Assembly (NCBI RefSeq): GCF_000143415.4
Contig: NW_003314261.1
Span: forward strand, 3,960,880-4,024,879
Length of the DNA stretch: 64,000 bases
Direction of reading: 5' to 3'
Source of the DNA: Selaginella moellendorffii
Lineage: Eukaryota; Plantae; Lycopodiophyta
Shown: in pieces, positions 10,416 to 24,100 of the stretch
Layout: each line of letters starts with the position of its first letter
How positions within the stretch are numbered: the first letter of the stretch is position 1
The notes under the pieces: generated by a model
Told to the model about the DNA's origin: nothing
The model's database searches: none
Seen by the model: the letters and a program-made list of their open reading frames with translations, nothing else
Made by a program: the position numbers and the translations under genes

Positions 10416-11561
10416 TGTAAGGAACCGACTCCCGAGATGTCGTAGGCTAAAGGATCCCCAAAAGCTTGACTGACATGACAAAGAGTTCATCGGATGGGAC
10501 CAAGTCGAGGATCAAGTCCAAGACCGACTCTAGGACCGAGTTCGAGATAGAGTCCGGAATCGAATCCGAGACCGACTCGGGGACCGAGTTCGAGTCNNNN
10601 NNNNNNNNNNNNNNNNNNNNNNNNNNNNNNNNNNNNNNNNNNNNNNNNNNNNNNNNNNNNNNNNNNNNNNNNNNNNNNNNNNNNNNNNNNNNNNNNNNNN
10701 NNNNNNNNNNNNNNNNNNNNNNNNNNNNNNNNNNNNNNNNNNNNNNNNNNNNNNNNNNNNNNNNNNNNNNNNNNNNNNNNNNNNNNNNNNNNNNNNNNNN
10801 NNNNNNNNNNNNNNNNNNNNNNNNNNNNNNNNNNNNNNNNNNNNNNNNNNNNNNNNNNNNNNNNNNNNNNNNNNNNNNNNNNNNNNNNNNNNNNNNNNNN
10901 NNNNNNNNNNNNNNTCCAAACCGACTTGAGGTTGGGACTGGGACCGAGGGGCCTTGGGTGGGAGTGAGCATGGACTTGGCTGGTGCCGGAGGGGCCATCC
11001 AAGGAAGTGCTCAAGAGCAGCTCCCACTCCCGAAAGGGAAACCGACTGCGGTGCTCCCGGCTCAGGTGGAGTGGTGCCCCACTTGAGTACCTTGTGGCTC
11101 ATTGGTCCTCGCCCTTCCGGGGGCTTGGGCCTTCCCTTCGGGATGGAAGAGGGGGGTAGAGGTACCCATACCAGGCCGTTAGGCCACGGTGTTTCGCCCC
11201 GACGTCCCGAAGCAAGTGCTGCACCCAAGGCTTGGGATTTAGAGGGTCCCATGATCAAGTCTTGTGGTACCAAGGGGTGTTAGGAATCTGGAGGCTTGGT
11301 GTGCTTGGCTGCTTGTGCCTGCGGGGAGTGTAGCCGAACCTTAAGTCCAGTCTAACCCGGGGAGGGGGATTGGGAGAGATTTGGGAATCCGTAGATGGAT
11401 GGCTAACACTCCGTTGCTCGTGCAGTAAGTAGCTGAAACCAAGTAGGAGCTGGTACCATAGGCGAGAACCTTGGCGAGGGAACTTAGCACGAGCCAAGGC
11501 AGAGTTGGTCGGATAGGCGAGGTAAGCTGGCAAATTGGAAAGGAAAAATTTCTGGCTTAAA
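10416..11561 (+). repeat. 3' LTR of A1 (contains assembly gap 10597-10914)
   Basis: Direct repeat of the 5' LTR; ends CTTAAA (mutated CA) followed by the TSD. Confidence 0.95.
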
Positions 11562-11715
11562 GGCAGCTCATCACCCAACACTGGGTACAGTCTTCCTGGG
11601 CCAAACTGGCCTTTCCTGGCCAAACTGGCTTCACTACAGTCCTCCCCCTTACTATTCTTTTGGAGCTTACCAAACCCCCTAGGGTTTGGGAGACAAATGC
11701 TTTGGGCTTTCACCC

Positions 11716-12175
11716 TCTCAGACTCAAACTCAGACTCAGACTCGGACTCGGACTTGGACTCGGACTCGGACTCGGGCTCGGTCTCGGTCTTGGCCTTGGC
11801 CTCGGTCTCGGTCTCGGTCCTGGTCTCGGTCTCGGTCTCAGTCTCGGTCTCGGTCCCGGTCTCGGTCTTGGTCCTGGTCTCGGTCTCGACCTCGGACTCC
11901 GTCTCGGTCCATCTCAGACTCCGTCTCAGACTCCATCTCAGACTCCATCTTGGACTCCATCTCGGGTCCATCTCGGACTCCATCTTGGACTCCATCTCGG
12001 GTCCATCTTGGACTCCATCTCGGATTCCATCTCGGGTCCATCTTGGACTCCATCTCAGGTCCTTCTCAGACTCCATCTTAGACTCCATCTTGGGTCCACC
12101 TCGGACTCCATTTCGGACTCCATCTCGGGTCCACCTCAGACTCCATCTCGGACTCCATCTCGAGTCCATCTCGGA
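11716..12175 (-). repeat. Hexamer and 12-mer (GAGATGGAGTCC)n arrays in LTR-C; also ~29180-29415 on plus
   Basis: Visible 6-bp and 12-bp periodicity. Confidence 0.9.
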
Positions 12176-15100
12176 CACTTCCATGTGTCATGTGTTAATC
12201 CTTTTTGGGTCCCTTTTTAGAGCCTCACTTATTGTTCGCTTCATGCTCATTCCTCGAGCACTTTGTTGGGAGTTCCACTTCCGCTCTCGACCTATCAAGT
12301 AGGAGCTTTTAGTCCAAACGTGTTACGCTCGTTTGGCTTTCGCTTCGGCCACTACCACGTGGCACCCTTCTGGCTCCACTTTGGGGCCTAGGGATTTTGT
12401 GTCTCACCCCCCCCCGCCCCTTTGAGGAACACACGCTTTGGGCTTTCACCCCAAGCCTCCCTTAATACTAGGAGTTAGTCTTTGGAAAAAACTCGAAACT
12501 TACTAAATATGGAATGGCACTAGAATGTGAATTTGGACATGAGACGAACACCATTGTGTTCAGACCAATCTCTACATTCCGTAGATATGCCAAATGAGAA
12601 AATCTAAACACTTTCCATAAATAGCATTTGAGACCGAAATGAGACTAACACAAAGGGCATGATAGCGAGGGTGTTTGGCAGACACGGTAAGCTATCATTT
12701 AGCGAATATTGAGGGACCAAGCTCAATATTGCGGGGGTTCCCAACACTAGCAAGTGCAAGTCAACGAATGAGTTTCTCTAACCAAGTCAAGTATGCTTGA
12801 CTAAATAGACACTTAGGAATTCCTTCCTTATGCTCATCTAGTCAAGTGCACACGCGAGGACCAATTTCTCAACTAGCTTAGGCGGAGACTGATAACGGGT
12901 CCAACAATACCAACCTCCTGCCATCATAGCAGTAAGGAAAGAATATCCGAAAGGACTGATCGACAGATAACTTTCGATACCCGAAGTCACATTCGCGACA
13001 CTCTCCCCCCCTTAGGGAAGATCGACGTCCTCGTCGATGTATACTCCAGTCTAGAATACTACCAAAGAAACAACTCCAGAAAAAAGTTCACGGTACTCAA
13101 ATTATGTGAGAAATGCACCGACTTAAATGAGTTAAGGGGTAACCTCTTTGTCTAACACGGATGCGCTACCAACTCAGACACCTTCCGGCCGTTGCCGACA
13201 AGGAAATGACCAATGGAGTCAACCACCCTTGCTGCTCTGGGAGTCACCCAGCTTACAAAAGTGTGATATGCCCCTGCCCGCAAGGACATAGAGAGAAGCC
13301 AAAAGCCCTAACCCTCCTAAGCAAAGAAACCAAACCCGTCAGTAAGGTTTAAATAGACTACTATCAACAAGCAGTTAGAGTTGTTTACATGGCCACGCCC
13401 TTTGAATGGAATAAGGAACATCCACAGAGAGGCAGGTTATGTGACCAGTCGACAGTAGCTACCCCATGACTAGAGGTTTCAACATGCACACGAAGTGCCG
13501 AAGCCAGTTTGCCTATACTAGCCCAAACTCAAAGATTAATATATAGACTATATCAAAGTTATAGACAATGATATCTTAGAGATGTAATTATCAGTGAATA
13601 AAGCTTAGATTAGAACACAAAAGTATTCCAGGTAAGTTATCATCCAATAAACTAGTATTACAGTATAAGAACCACCAAGATCACTATCTTTGGAAAACAA
13701 AGGATTCACCATTCAACAAAATTCAATAGCAAGTATATCATCAAGTAAACTCAATAAACTCAATGAGAAAACTTAACTACTAAAGATTGTAAACAGTATA
13801 CTAAACAACTTACGAAAGATAACTCAAAAAACACAAAGTATCCTTAACTGACAAGCACAATGCTCGCAAATGTATCACCCGAAAGAAATATCATCTTAAT
13901 CTATCAAGACTAACTCGAGTAACAATCAACAAAACAGAATGACTGTGGTAAGACCAACAAACACTTAGTTATGCCAACCATCACAAAAGTCAATCTAAAT
14001 AGATCCTGGTCAACAATACCAAGGAACCAGAGTTGCTTAAACAAGTGTCAGCAACGTCCTATCGATATCTCAAACCCAAAAGACCAATCCAAAGCAAACC
14101 ACAAAGAACATGTGGTAGTGCGAAAAGCCATAAGCCATTAAAGAGAACAACTAACCATCATGAAAGATCATCAATCATCCCATCAATAAAGAGATGCATA
14201 AGCATTGTTGAATAAAAAATCACCATCCCGAAGAATGGCAAATCATTCTATACCAACAATAATCAAGAAAAACCTTTTGACAAGAATAATCAACTATCCT
14301 ATATGATAATCAATTATCACCAATGATTGCTAGATGCAAAAGCCAACTTCAACATCGAAGCTAACAAGCCAAAATGCCTTCCCCAACAACTTCTAACAAA
14401 TGGAATAATGAGCATGAAACTCAAAGAATCAAAAGTTTGAAGAAGCTTATATCTAAGTCGTGCCTAACAATGATCACAAGTCTTGCATTAACTAACTTCA
14501 ATATTAAAAAAAAAATCATGGTGCAACCCACAATATCTTTCTCAACACATTTATAAGCTAAACTTCATAATGCCAAAGCTAATGAAGAGCATGTCTGCAT
14601 CAATCCAAAAGTTAAGCATAACGAAGCTATGCTCAACAAGTAATCACTAAACAATCCTCCATAAATCCATCTATAGAAAACGTAACTCACTTCATAACAA
14701 GCACAAGAAGAATCATCAATGATCGATATATCCCAACTAAAATTCAATAAGGATTCAATCACTTCAATATCAATCACTAACTCCTCCTCTCATAAAGTTA
14801 GTATAGTCCGGAACTAAATTACTCTTCAAGGAAAAGCCAAAGCTCAACCCCTACTAGACAATCTCGTCAAAAACACAATTAACTCAACTTGCCACTCAGT
14901 TCATTTGAACGTCAATACAGTTGCTAACTAGCAAATGTATGAATGCCAACAACACAAAGAAGCTAAATTATCAACACTATCTTCATCGAGACTATGAAAC
15001 TCGATATCAATCTTTGGAAGGATATCTCATTTCATTGGAATCTCAACATCAACAATGTCAACAACAAGACATCACTTTAATGCCACCAACACCATAACAA

Positions 15101-18100
15101 AGCTAGAAGAAAGCACGAGTGAATCACCACTCAAAACTCTCTAACAACCAAACTAACCAAAGTCAAAGATACTTTAGTCAGTATCTGAGACTAATCCTCC
15201 AACAAAACTCAGTTACAGATAACACTTCATCAAGGAGTGATTCACCATGTCCAAGATTCAATGGAATCCAACACCATAGACTAAACGTCATCAAATGATA
15301 TTGCCAAAGATAGAATCGATATGCCAACATGGAAAACCCATATAAGTTTAACGACACGATCCTCCGCAACACCATTCGGTAAAGCAAGCCCATCACTGCT
15401 AATCATCACCGAGCGAAGCAAGTGTCAAACAGTCCTCAACAAAGTCTACAAGCAATCACTAGTTGCAAAACAACCAACAATCGCTCTTCAACTTGCCTAC
15501 ACAAGACCCAAACACTAAACTTACGTCATCAAGTTATATACTTGTTCAACAGTAACGAAATACCTCAGGTATGAGATAAAAGTTCATGGACAAGCACAAA
15601 CTAAATGACCACTCGAATCCAATTCAACCGCAATAAACTCACTAATGCATTTATAGCTCTGAGCATGCCTTAAAGAGGCTAGCTATGCGATCAACACTCA
15701 GTTGAAACTAAAGTGAAGACCATGAGATGGACTCATATCGGTACACAACCTCCTCATAGACAAAGTTATAGTATGGGTACTAACATCTTAACCTTAAACA
15801 ACTAAGTTGGACATCACCATCCTCAACCAAGGCACAAGGCCACTAAGACCAAGTCAAGATCAGTGAGAGCTCACTACTCTTATAGAGTCTTAATGAAATG
15901 CAAAGTGCAACCTGCCACCAAACACAACGCTATAGAAGAAAGGCACAAGGGTCACCTTTCTTAGAAATGTGCAACAGCCACTTTTCTACACCAACTCTAG
16001 ACTCTATCCAACTCAATTGCCTTAGCTTCAAAAGTCAGCATCCCTTTCGGCTGCATCATACAAACTATTTACTAAGGTCTAAGTCAACCAAAATCAACTC
16101 CAACCCCTTCACTAGTTTGTATTGGCTTTCGAAGATGAAATGGTTTTCGGGCAAAGTGATCAACAGATCAATCATTGGAGAAGTCGAAGAAAATTTGTGG
16201 AAAATTTTCCATCCTAGAGAAAGAATGACTCTTAGTCCAGGATTGCAAACTTTCAAGACTCAACCAACTTCCTCCTACTAACAACTTCACATAGGTTCAC
16301 CTCAAAACAAATTCTCATGACCCATAATATGCTTAAGCATCGAACATCTTTGCCCATTTTTCCGATATCCAACACCAACATCCACAAAAAATGCAAAATG
16401 AACATCTAAGGCTTGATCACGAAGACCACATCTTCGGATATTCACCTTTGCACTAACACTTTTCTTCAACCACCTTCAAGATCTAATATGAAGCCAAAAC
16501 ACTAACAAGAAAAATAACATGGAAAATCAAGCTTTAAGGAAAATTCCTCACCACTCGAAATAACAATGCCACTTCCACCAACACTAGTGCTAGTGATGTT
16601 AATGCCTCAACTACCTTTTCCAACACCCTAAGAAACAAAGTACCTACTTAAGCTTAGCATAATGGACCACCATCGAGAATCCAGTCAAAGCCACTACAAT
16701 GTTACTTCGTGCAAGTAGATTAGCTTCACCATCAACCACTTTGGGGTTGATCATCGTTTAACCAAGCAATTTTGTAAACACATTGCTCATTATTATATGG
16801 ATATGATATAAGTATCACAATGACTTGATCATCAATCGAGAAACACTACGAGCAACGCCCATGTCATTACCACCAAGGTTTACGTAAGTATCAAGTGTCA
16901 ACTCAATTCAATAAAATGCAACATAAATGCCATACTTCACTGATAGAGATTTACAACACTAAACACCACTAACTTTTGTTCACAACATGGACAAGCTCAT
17001 GCCACTCTCTTTCCGACCAAACTCAAAACTAATCCAACACCAAGCTACTCAAAGAGCAATAACAAGGTTCCCCAGAAAAGAATTAAGCATTGTAACCTAA
17101 ATCTTCCAATAGCAAGCCTAGATAAAATGGTATAGCACTTCACCGCTATCCATCCCACAACTCACCATTGTAAGACCATCATCTCCAATATGCATCAAGA
17201 TAGGGACTCTTATTTGCATGATGTGAACACGAGCAATGAGTTAACACCTTGTTGCAAATCATCTCTCCAAGAAGAGAAAATGATTTACGTGTTTGATCCT
17301 TCGTCCTTGATGACTCTCTTTCCGACCTCATCTTGACTAAATCTCAAGCTTGCGTTCGCACTGCCTTCAGTTCAATCCAAGAAAAGTTTATGAGAGAGCA
17401 TGGCAATGATTACTTAAATCAATAGACCAATCCCCACAGTCTTGACTGATTCACCCATAATCATGCCTAAGAAGGATCCACTAGTGCCGTGCTAAACAGT
17501 TATGGACCAGCCTATTTGCCACTCATAACAAACCCAGGGAAGGTTTACTTTCACCCTTGGTATATGGAACAACTCATGGAACCACCAATAGGCTAACATT
17601 AATCCTGCCAACTCAAAGTGTAACCTCGAGTTGCTAATGTGCCTCACTCACGAGCCCAAGCAAAAACTCATGCAAACGGAACACCTCAATTCATCTTATG
17701 AGCCCAAGAGCAAGCTCACATTATCACGGTACAAAAAGGTAACAAAAACCATACCTAAGGAACAACTGCAAAGTCTTTGCACCCAAATGTGTACCCACTC
17801 AGATCATCATTTTCATCTCTGTGTATACAACGAGACTAGTTGCCCAATCTCATTGGATAGTACTCGCTGAGACTCATCCTTTGATACCAAATGTAGCGCA
17901 CATGGTTTTTACCCTTTATCCTATGGTGATTTACCATAGGATAACACCACGAAGCGGAACCTAACCCTCTTTGTGCCACGTGTCACATGCCACATGTCCA
18001 AAAGACAGTGGTGTGGAACCCGTGGTTCAAGGCCTTGGGCCACTAAATGAAAGAACGGTGCCAAACTCCCCAGCATGGAGCCAAAGAGCGAAGGAACCGG

Positions 18101-21100
18101 ACCACAGAGCAACTCCCGAGCATAAAGCCCAAGGAGTGAAGGGACAGGAGCCCGAAGCGACTTGGAACAGTCCTGGAGCAACCAGCATCCCAATGCCAGG
18201 ACCAGCACGCAAAATGGAGCCAAACGGAGTTTGGCACTATTTCAGCATACCGGTGGCCTAACATGAGGATATGGGTACTCCACCAGCTAACATAAATGGA
18301 ATTTGGGCTTAGACCCAAGCCGGACGCAGAACAAGGACAGGCACGCAAGCGGGAGCTAGACTATGCCTCAGGTTGGTCAGTTATGCCCGACCTACCCACT
18401 ATCCCTACTATATATTTGGAACTGTTGTAAATATGACTTCGGGTATTGAAAGTTACTTGTCGGCTAGTCCTTATGGACACTCTTTCCTTACTGCTATGAT
18501 GGCAGGAGGTCGATATTGCTGGACCTTTTATCAGTCTCTCTTATGCTAGTGGAGTTAACTGGGCATTTCGAGTGTACTTAGACCGGATGAGCATAAGGAT
18601 GGAATTTTTACGTATTATTAGCTAAACATACTTAGCCCAGTAAGGAGTTCCCGTCTTGTTTTGTCTTGCACTTGCTAGTGACAAATTGAGACTAGTCCCT
18701 CAATATCGCTACATGATAGCTTACTGTGTCTGCCAAACACCCTCGCTATCATGCCCTTTGTGTTAGTCTCATTTTGGTCCCAAATGCTATTTATGGAAAG
18801 TGTCCAGATTTGCTCATTTGGCATATCTACAGAATGTAGAGATTGACCTGAACACCATGGTGTTCGTCCCGTGTCCAAATTCGCAATCTAGGCATATTCT
18901 ATATTTAATAAGTTTCAAGCTTGTCCCACAGACTAACTCTTGGTAGTAAGGGAGGCTTGGGGTGAAAGTGTTATCTAATGTCCAAGGTTGTGAAGACGAG
19001 AGAAGTCTTTCCATCTGAATTGGACAAAGCCAAAAAGGGATTTAGGCAAAGTTAGTGATGGGTATATAAAGGCCCATAAATAACAACGTTAATCCTGGTG
19101 TGTGGGACTACAAGGTGAGCATACCTAGATTAAGGAACCACTCCCTAGGCTATTTGGTAGGTTCATCCTTAAGAATACTTGCTAAAGCATGGTAAAAAGT
19201 GCAAAGTTATCCTCTTAGTCTAAAGAAGAATAACCGAAAGAAATGTGTAAGGCCAAAAGCAAGTAATAAAAGGATAGAACTGAATCATAAGAATTGAAGA
19301 GCATAATCAAAGGTGGTTATGCAAATTTGGCAGTGGAGAATCAAGTGAGTGCTCAAATATATTGTTATTAGCAACCGTGATCCATGGAGAGTATAAAATA
19401 TGGAATTATCCATGTTAGACCGTATGATAATTAAAAAGTTTATCAAAGGAGAGACCTTAGTAAGCTAAGAGATAGAGTTCCTTTAAGGTTTCCAAAGACA
19501 ATTCTAAGTAACTTAGTACTTAGAAAACTAAGTGTAAATGGTTCATAGAACATGCAAAATCAAAGTGGCACAATAGAAGTGTGGTCTTGAAACTTGCCAT
19601 AAGGCAAAACTATCAAGTTGGGAAAGTAGTTCCCAAGTGTTCAAAAGGATGGCTTTGAACAAAAGTTAATAGTCAAGGACTTTCACGCTTATGCATAAAA
19701 CCATATTATGTTAGTTAGATGACTTGTTAAGCGAGATTGGCAAATCGAGGGAACAAATACTCTAGTTGAAGGTACTAACTTAAAAAAAGGTGGCCCATAA
19801 GGCTGAGCATGGAGGAGTCCATGCATGATCACAGACTTGTCAAGTGAGAGGATTTGGTAGTTCGGAGGAACTAGATTCCTAAGCTGTAATCTATAGCGTG
19901 CTTTAAGTATAAATTAGTGCACTGGCGTAGGGAGTCACGCTAAACATCTTGAGTGATGCTGTCTGTAAATGCATATACAGAGGTTAGGTTCCAGTCCCGA
20001 CCCTCTAGTGCTTGGGTTCAAGTCCCAACTCACTAGGGCGTGGTGATGGTTTGGAATATAAAGACACTCATTTTTCGGTGGTCATAGATTCTCAGTAAGG
20101 AGACTAGCTTGGGCACATTGTCAAGTGGGGGATACCTTAGAGTCATAATGCACGGTATATCTAACTTAAACACTTTAGTGCAAGAGGGCACTAAAGATAT
20201 AGTGAATGAGATGGAAACACCTAATCTCAATTGTTATGGACCCTTCGCTGGAGGGGCTAGCTTGGGTGCACCGCCAAATGTGGGGGATGCCCCCAGGGTT
20301 ATGGTCAACAAATTAAAAGTTTGGAAAACCTAGCATCTATTAGCAAACCTGTTAAGGTGTCAAGGTTAGATCAGTAAGTGATCTTAGATTTAAGCAAGGA
20401 CGAAGTCCTTGTGAGGTTAAGAAATAAAGTTCTTAATTCAAAGTGTTGATTTGGACTATTAATAACAGTGTGGCTTAGTCAAGGTGACCAAGTGGGAAGG
20501 ACACATAAGGGAAAGAAACTGCAACAATATAATGGTATTGTGAGTTCAAGAAAATAGTCTCTAAAGAAGGACTCATGAGTGGGTTGCAAGGTTAAGACAT
20601 AGATAGAGCCTATAACAGAAAATATTGATGAGACTTACTAGGGGTGAACACCTTCTAGATTTGGCAAAGTAAAGCCTTTGCTATAGAACCAAAAGGATAC
20701 CTCAAGGAATGGAGGTAGTGATCTTATATTGTTTGGTGCAACAATCAAAGGATAGGAACAAAAAACTAATGGCCAAAAAAGGACTATGAGAATCATTGGA
20801 AAGAGTCTAAATAACAAAGTTGGGTAAGGAACACTAATATATTAAATGCTAATGAATTGTGGGAAAGGCAATATAAATGGATTCCAAAATGCTCTAATTT
20901 GGGAAAGTGGAAGTTCCAAGGGAGGGAGCAGTAAGATAGCCAAATGATAGGGTTATGGATAGCCTTAGCACAAATTACAATAACTAAAACTTAGTGCTTA
21001 AGATGGCACAAAATAGAAGAGAAGTTGATGATGCCCTTAAATAGAGAATTTCCTGGGATGAGGAAGTGGAGTTGGCACAACATATGAAATGCAAGGTGTC

Positions 21101-24100
21101 GGAGACACCTAGGAAATTGACTTTGAAAAGTCAAAAATTAAAAGTTCCAAAGTGCGATGGTTATGCTAGTAAAGGCTGAAGCTACTTTGGAATGAATAGT
21201 CAAATTGAAATAGAGATGGTGTCTTTAGCATATTTAGTATGAACTAAATGAACAAAAGGGGAAGGACCACTATAAGTGGTCTAATAAGTCTCTAAGTTGG
21301 AGAGATTATGCTTCTTAGAGGATGGACAAGGCATGGTGAGCCTTCGGTGTCAAACTATTGATGAATATTGACTAGATGCCAAGGATGGAAAGGGTAATAC
21401 ATGTTAGTGTTACTTTATAAAATGGTGTATCATTCGATGAGGACATCGAACTTCATCTATAGGTGGTGGAGTTGTGAGACATAAAATCCCTAAACCCCAA
21501 AGAAGAGTTGAAAGGGTGCTATGTGGTAATGGTTGAGGCGGAAGTTAAATGTGTAACACATATGGACTAAAAGCTCTAACTCGAAAACTCAAAAGCGGGA
21601 GTGGAACTCCCGTGTAAGGAACCGACTCTCCGAGATGTCGTAGGCTAAAGGATCCCCGAAAGCATGACCGAAATGACAAAGAGTTCATCGGATGGGACCG
21701 AGTCGAAGATCGAGTCCAAGATCGACTCTGAGACCGAGTTCGAGATAGAGTCCGGGATCGAGTCCGAGACCGAATCGGAGACCGAGTTCGAGACCGAGTT
21801 CGAGACCGAGTTCGAGATCGAGTTCGAAATCGAGTCCGAGACCGAGTCCGAAGTCGGGTCCGAGATCGAGTCCGAGATCAATTCTGAGACTAAGTCCACA
21901 TACTAATACAGCTCAAGGGGTGAAAGCCCAAAGCGTGTGTCTCCCGGGGGGGGGGCTACAAGGGGTTCCAAAAGTATAGTAGGGATAGTGAGGTCCAGGA
22001 ACCAGTCTTGAAGGAACTCTCCAATGGGGCTTCCAACTGACTTGAGGTTGAGACTGGGGCAGAGGGGTCTTGGGTGGGAGTGAGCATGGGCTTGAGTGGT
22101 GCTGGAGGGGCCACCCAGGGAAGTGCTCAAGAGCAGCTCCCACTCCCGAAAGGGAAACCGACTGCGGTGCTCCCGGCTCATGTGGAGTGGTGCCCCACGT
22201 GAGTACTTTGTGGCTCATTGGTCCTCACCCTTCCTAGGGGCTTGGGCCTTCCCTTCGGGATGGAAGTGGGGGGGTAGAGGTACTCATACTGGGCCGTTAG
22301 GCCACGGTGTTTCGCCCCGATGTCCCGAAGCAAGTCCTGCACCCAAGGCTTGGGATTTAGAGGGTCCCATGATCAAGTCTTGTGGTACCAAGGGGTGTTA
22401 GGAATCTAGAGGCTTGGTGTGCTTGGCTGCTTGTGCCTGCAGGGAGTGTAGCCGAACCTTAAGTCCAGTCTAATCCGGGGAGGGGGATTGGGAGAGATTT
22501 GGGAATCTGTAGATGGATGGCTAACATTCCGTTGCTCGTGTAGTGAGTAGCTGAAACCAAGTAGGACCAAGTAGGAGCTGGTACCATAGGCGAGAAGCTT
22601 GGCAAGGGAACTTATCACAAGCCAAGGCAGAGTTGGTCGGATAGACGAGGTAAGCTGGCAAATTGGAAAGGAAAAATTTGTGGCTTACAATTTGGTATCG
22701 GAGCCTTTTCCTTAGTTCTAGCGAAGGATAGAGGCGGATTGCTGGGAGATGGCAAGGGCGGGGCGTAAGCGAACCCAAGCAGAGATGGAACATCCGCCAA
22801 AGCTAGAGCCTCCGGTCGAACAGGAGGCGATGGATGAGGAATCCTTGCATGAGGAGGACTCCAGTGAGGCAACTTCCAAACAGGAGTCTGGTGGTGAGGT
22901 TCGGTCATCCAAGGCTCGATTGGATGTTCTAGAAGGACAATTGGCACAAACCAATGCCCTGCTAGAGACTCTCGTACGCAAGCTAAAGCGTGACGAGAAG
23001 CGGAAGAAAAAGCGAAAGACTGCTGATGCTGGCAGCACAGAATGTGCGGACCCTTCGGCAGGGACTGAGGCAAAACCAGACAAGGTCGAACAGACCGAAG
23101 TGGAATCAGTCCCTTAGGCAGTTCCCAAGTACAAACCAAAGCCCCCACCGGTCTTCAAGGGAGTGAACGACTATAAGGTGGTGGAGGATTGGTTTTATGA
23201 TATGGAGGACTACTTCCGAGCGTTGCGATTACTGAGCTCGGAGAAGGTCCCATGTGCAAAACTATACTTGGCAAATAATGCCAAGTCTTGGTGGAGAACG
23301 ATAGAGGCCAACGAAGGACTAGTGGCCACTTGGGAAATGATGAAGGCGAGGATCCGCGCAACTTACGTTCCTCCAAATGCTACTCTGCATCTAAGGGACA
23401 AGCTGAGTAGGCTGAAGCAGACCGGAACCATTCAGGAGTATGTGAATGGGTTTATGGCAAAGAGGATACTTGTCACGGACATGGGGGATATGGATGCGTT
23501 CCATGCCTTCATATCAGGTTTGCAAACCTGGGCTTGCGGTGAAGTGATGCGGTGGAACCCGACCAACTACAAGGAAGCATTGGATTCGACCATCAAAGTG
23601 CATTTCAACGATAACCTGCGAAAGGGGAACACAACGGGGTCGGGATCCACGTTTAACAAAGGGGCCAAACCAAGGGGAACGTTTAGCAGAGGGAAATTCA
23701 AGAAGAGTTTCTCTAAGAATGAGTCCTCGGGGTTCCGGAAAGGCAAATCCGGTGGCCAGCGAGCGAGTACGTGGGGGACTCAAACAAAAAGAGACAAACC
23801 CACGGATAAGAAGGTCAAGTCGTATAGCAGCGTGGGAAACAACGTATGCTACAACTGCGGTGAAGTGGGACACTTTTTAAGGGAATGTCCCTACCCGAAG
23901 AAGGCCAAAGCCAATATGGCCATCAAGTCGGGTGAAGTCCAAACTGAGGTATGTGATCCAGTCCCTAACTCAAAGTTACTCATTACACGAGCAACTTTGG
24001 TAGAGAGTCGTTCGCGACATCTACTAGCCCTTCGGGGGAAGCTCGGAGGTAGCTTTGTTAAGATCTTTATTGACATGGGTGCTTCGGATAATTTTGTGGC

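Larger units (their letters stand above)
3736..11561 (+). mobile_element. Ty3/gypsy chromovirus (Galadriel/Tcn1-like), copy A1, full length, defective, intron-containing
   Basis: LTRs 3736-4889 and 10416-11561. Perfect 5-bp TSD GGCAG (3731-3735, 11562-11566). PBS and PPT present. Domain order gag-PR-RT-RH-IN-chromodomain. Confidence 0.97.
2890..12408 (-). mobile_element. Solo LTR of family C (2890-3735 + 11567-12408), interrupted by element A1
   Basis: Reverse complement matches the plus-strand LTR-C at 21473-21612 + 29072-30417 and ends CGCTTACA. Flanks are CCCCT/CCCCC within the poly-G tract of LTR-B. Confidence 0.8.
2343..18422 (-). mobile_element. Family-B LTR retroelement, non-autonomous or degenerate. 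3' LTR 2343-2889 + 12409-13000; 5' LTR part 17892-18422
   Basis: LTR ends TGTCGCG...GCGCTACA on the minus strand. PBS TGGTATCAAAG (tRNA-iMet type) at 17879-17889. PPT AAGGGGGGGAGAG at 13001-13013. Internal 4.9 kb has no recognisable long ORF. Confidence 0.8.

Noticed and set aside
10447-11273. Long ORFs containing X runs
   Set aside because: Artefacts of the N gap at 10597-10914.
11900-12175. CRISPR-like array
   Set aside because: Tandem 12-mers without unique spacers, in a eukaryotic LTR.
18423-18968. Simple in-place inversion of the 5' half of element B's 5' LTR
   Set aside because: A matching plus-strand 3' half at 30418-30754 favours a separate plus-strand LTR-B. Without a TSD this is not fully excluded.
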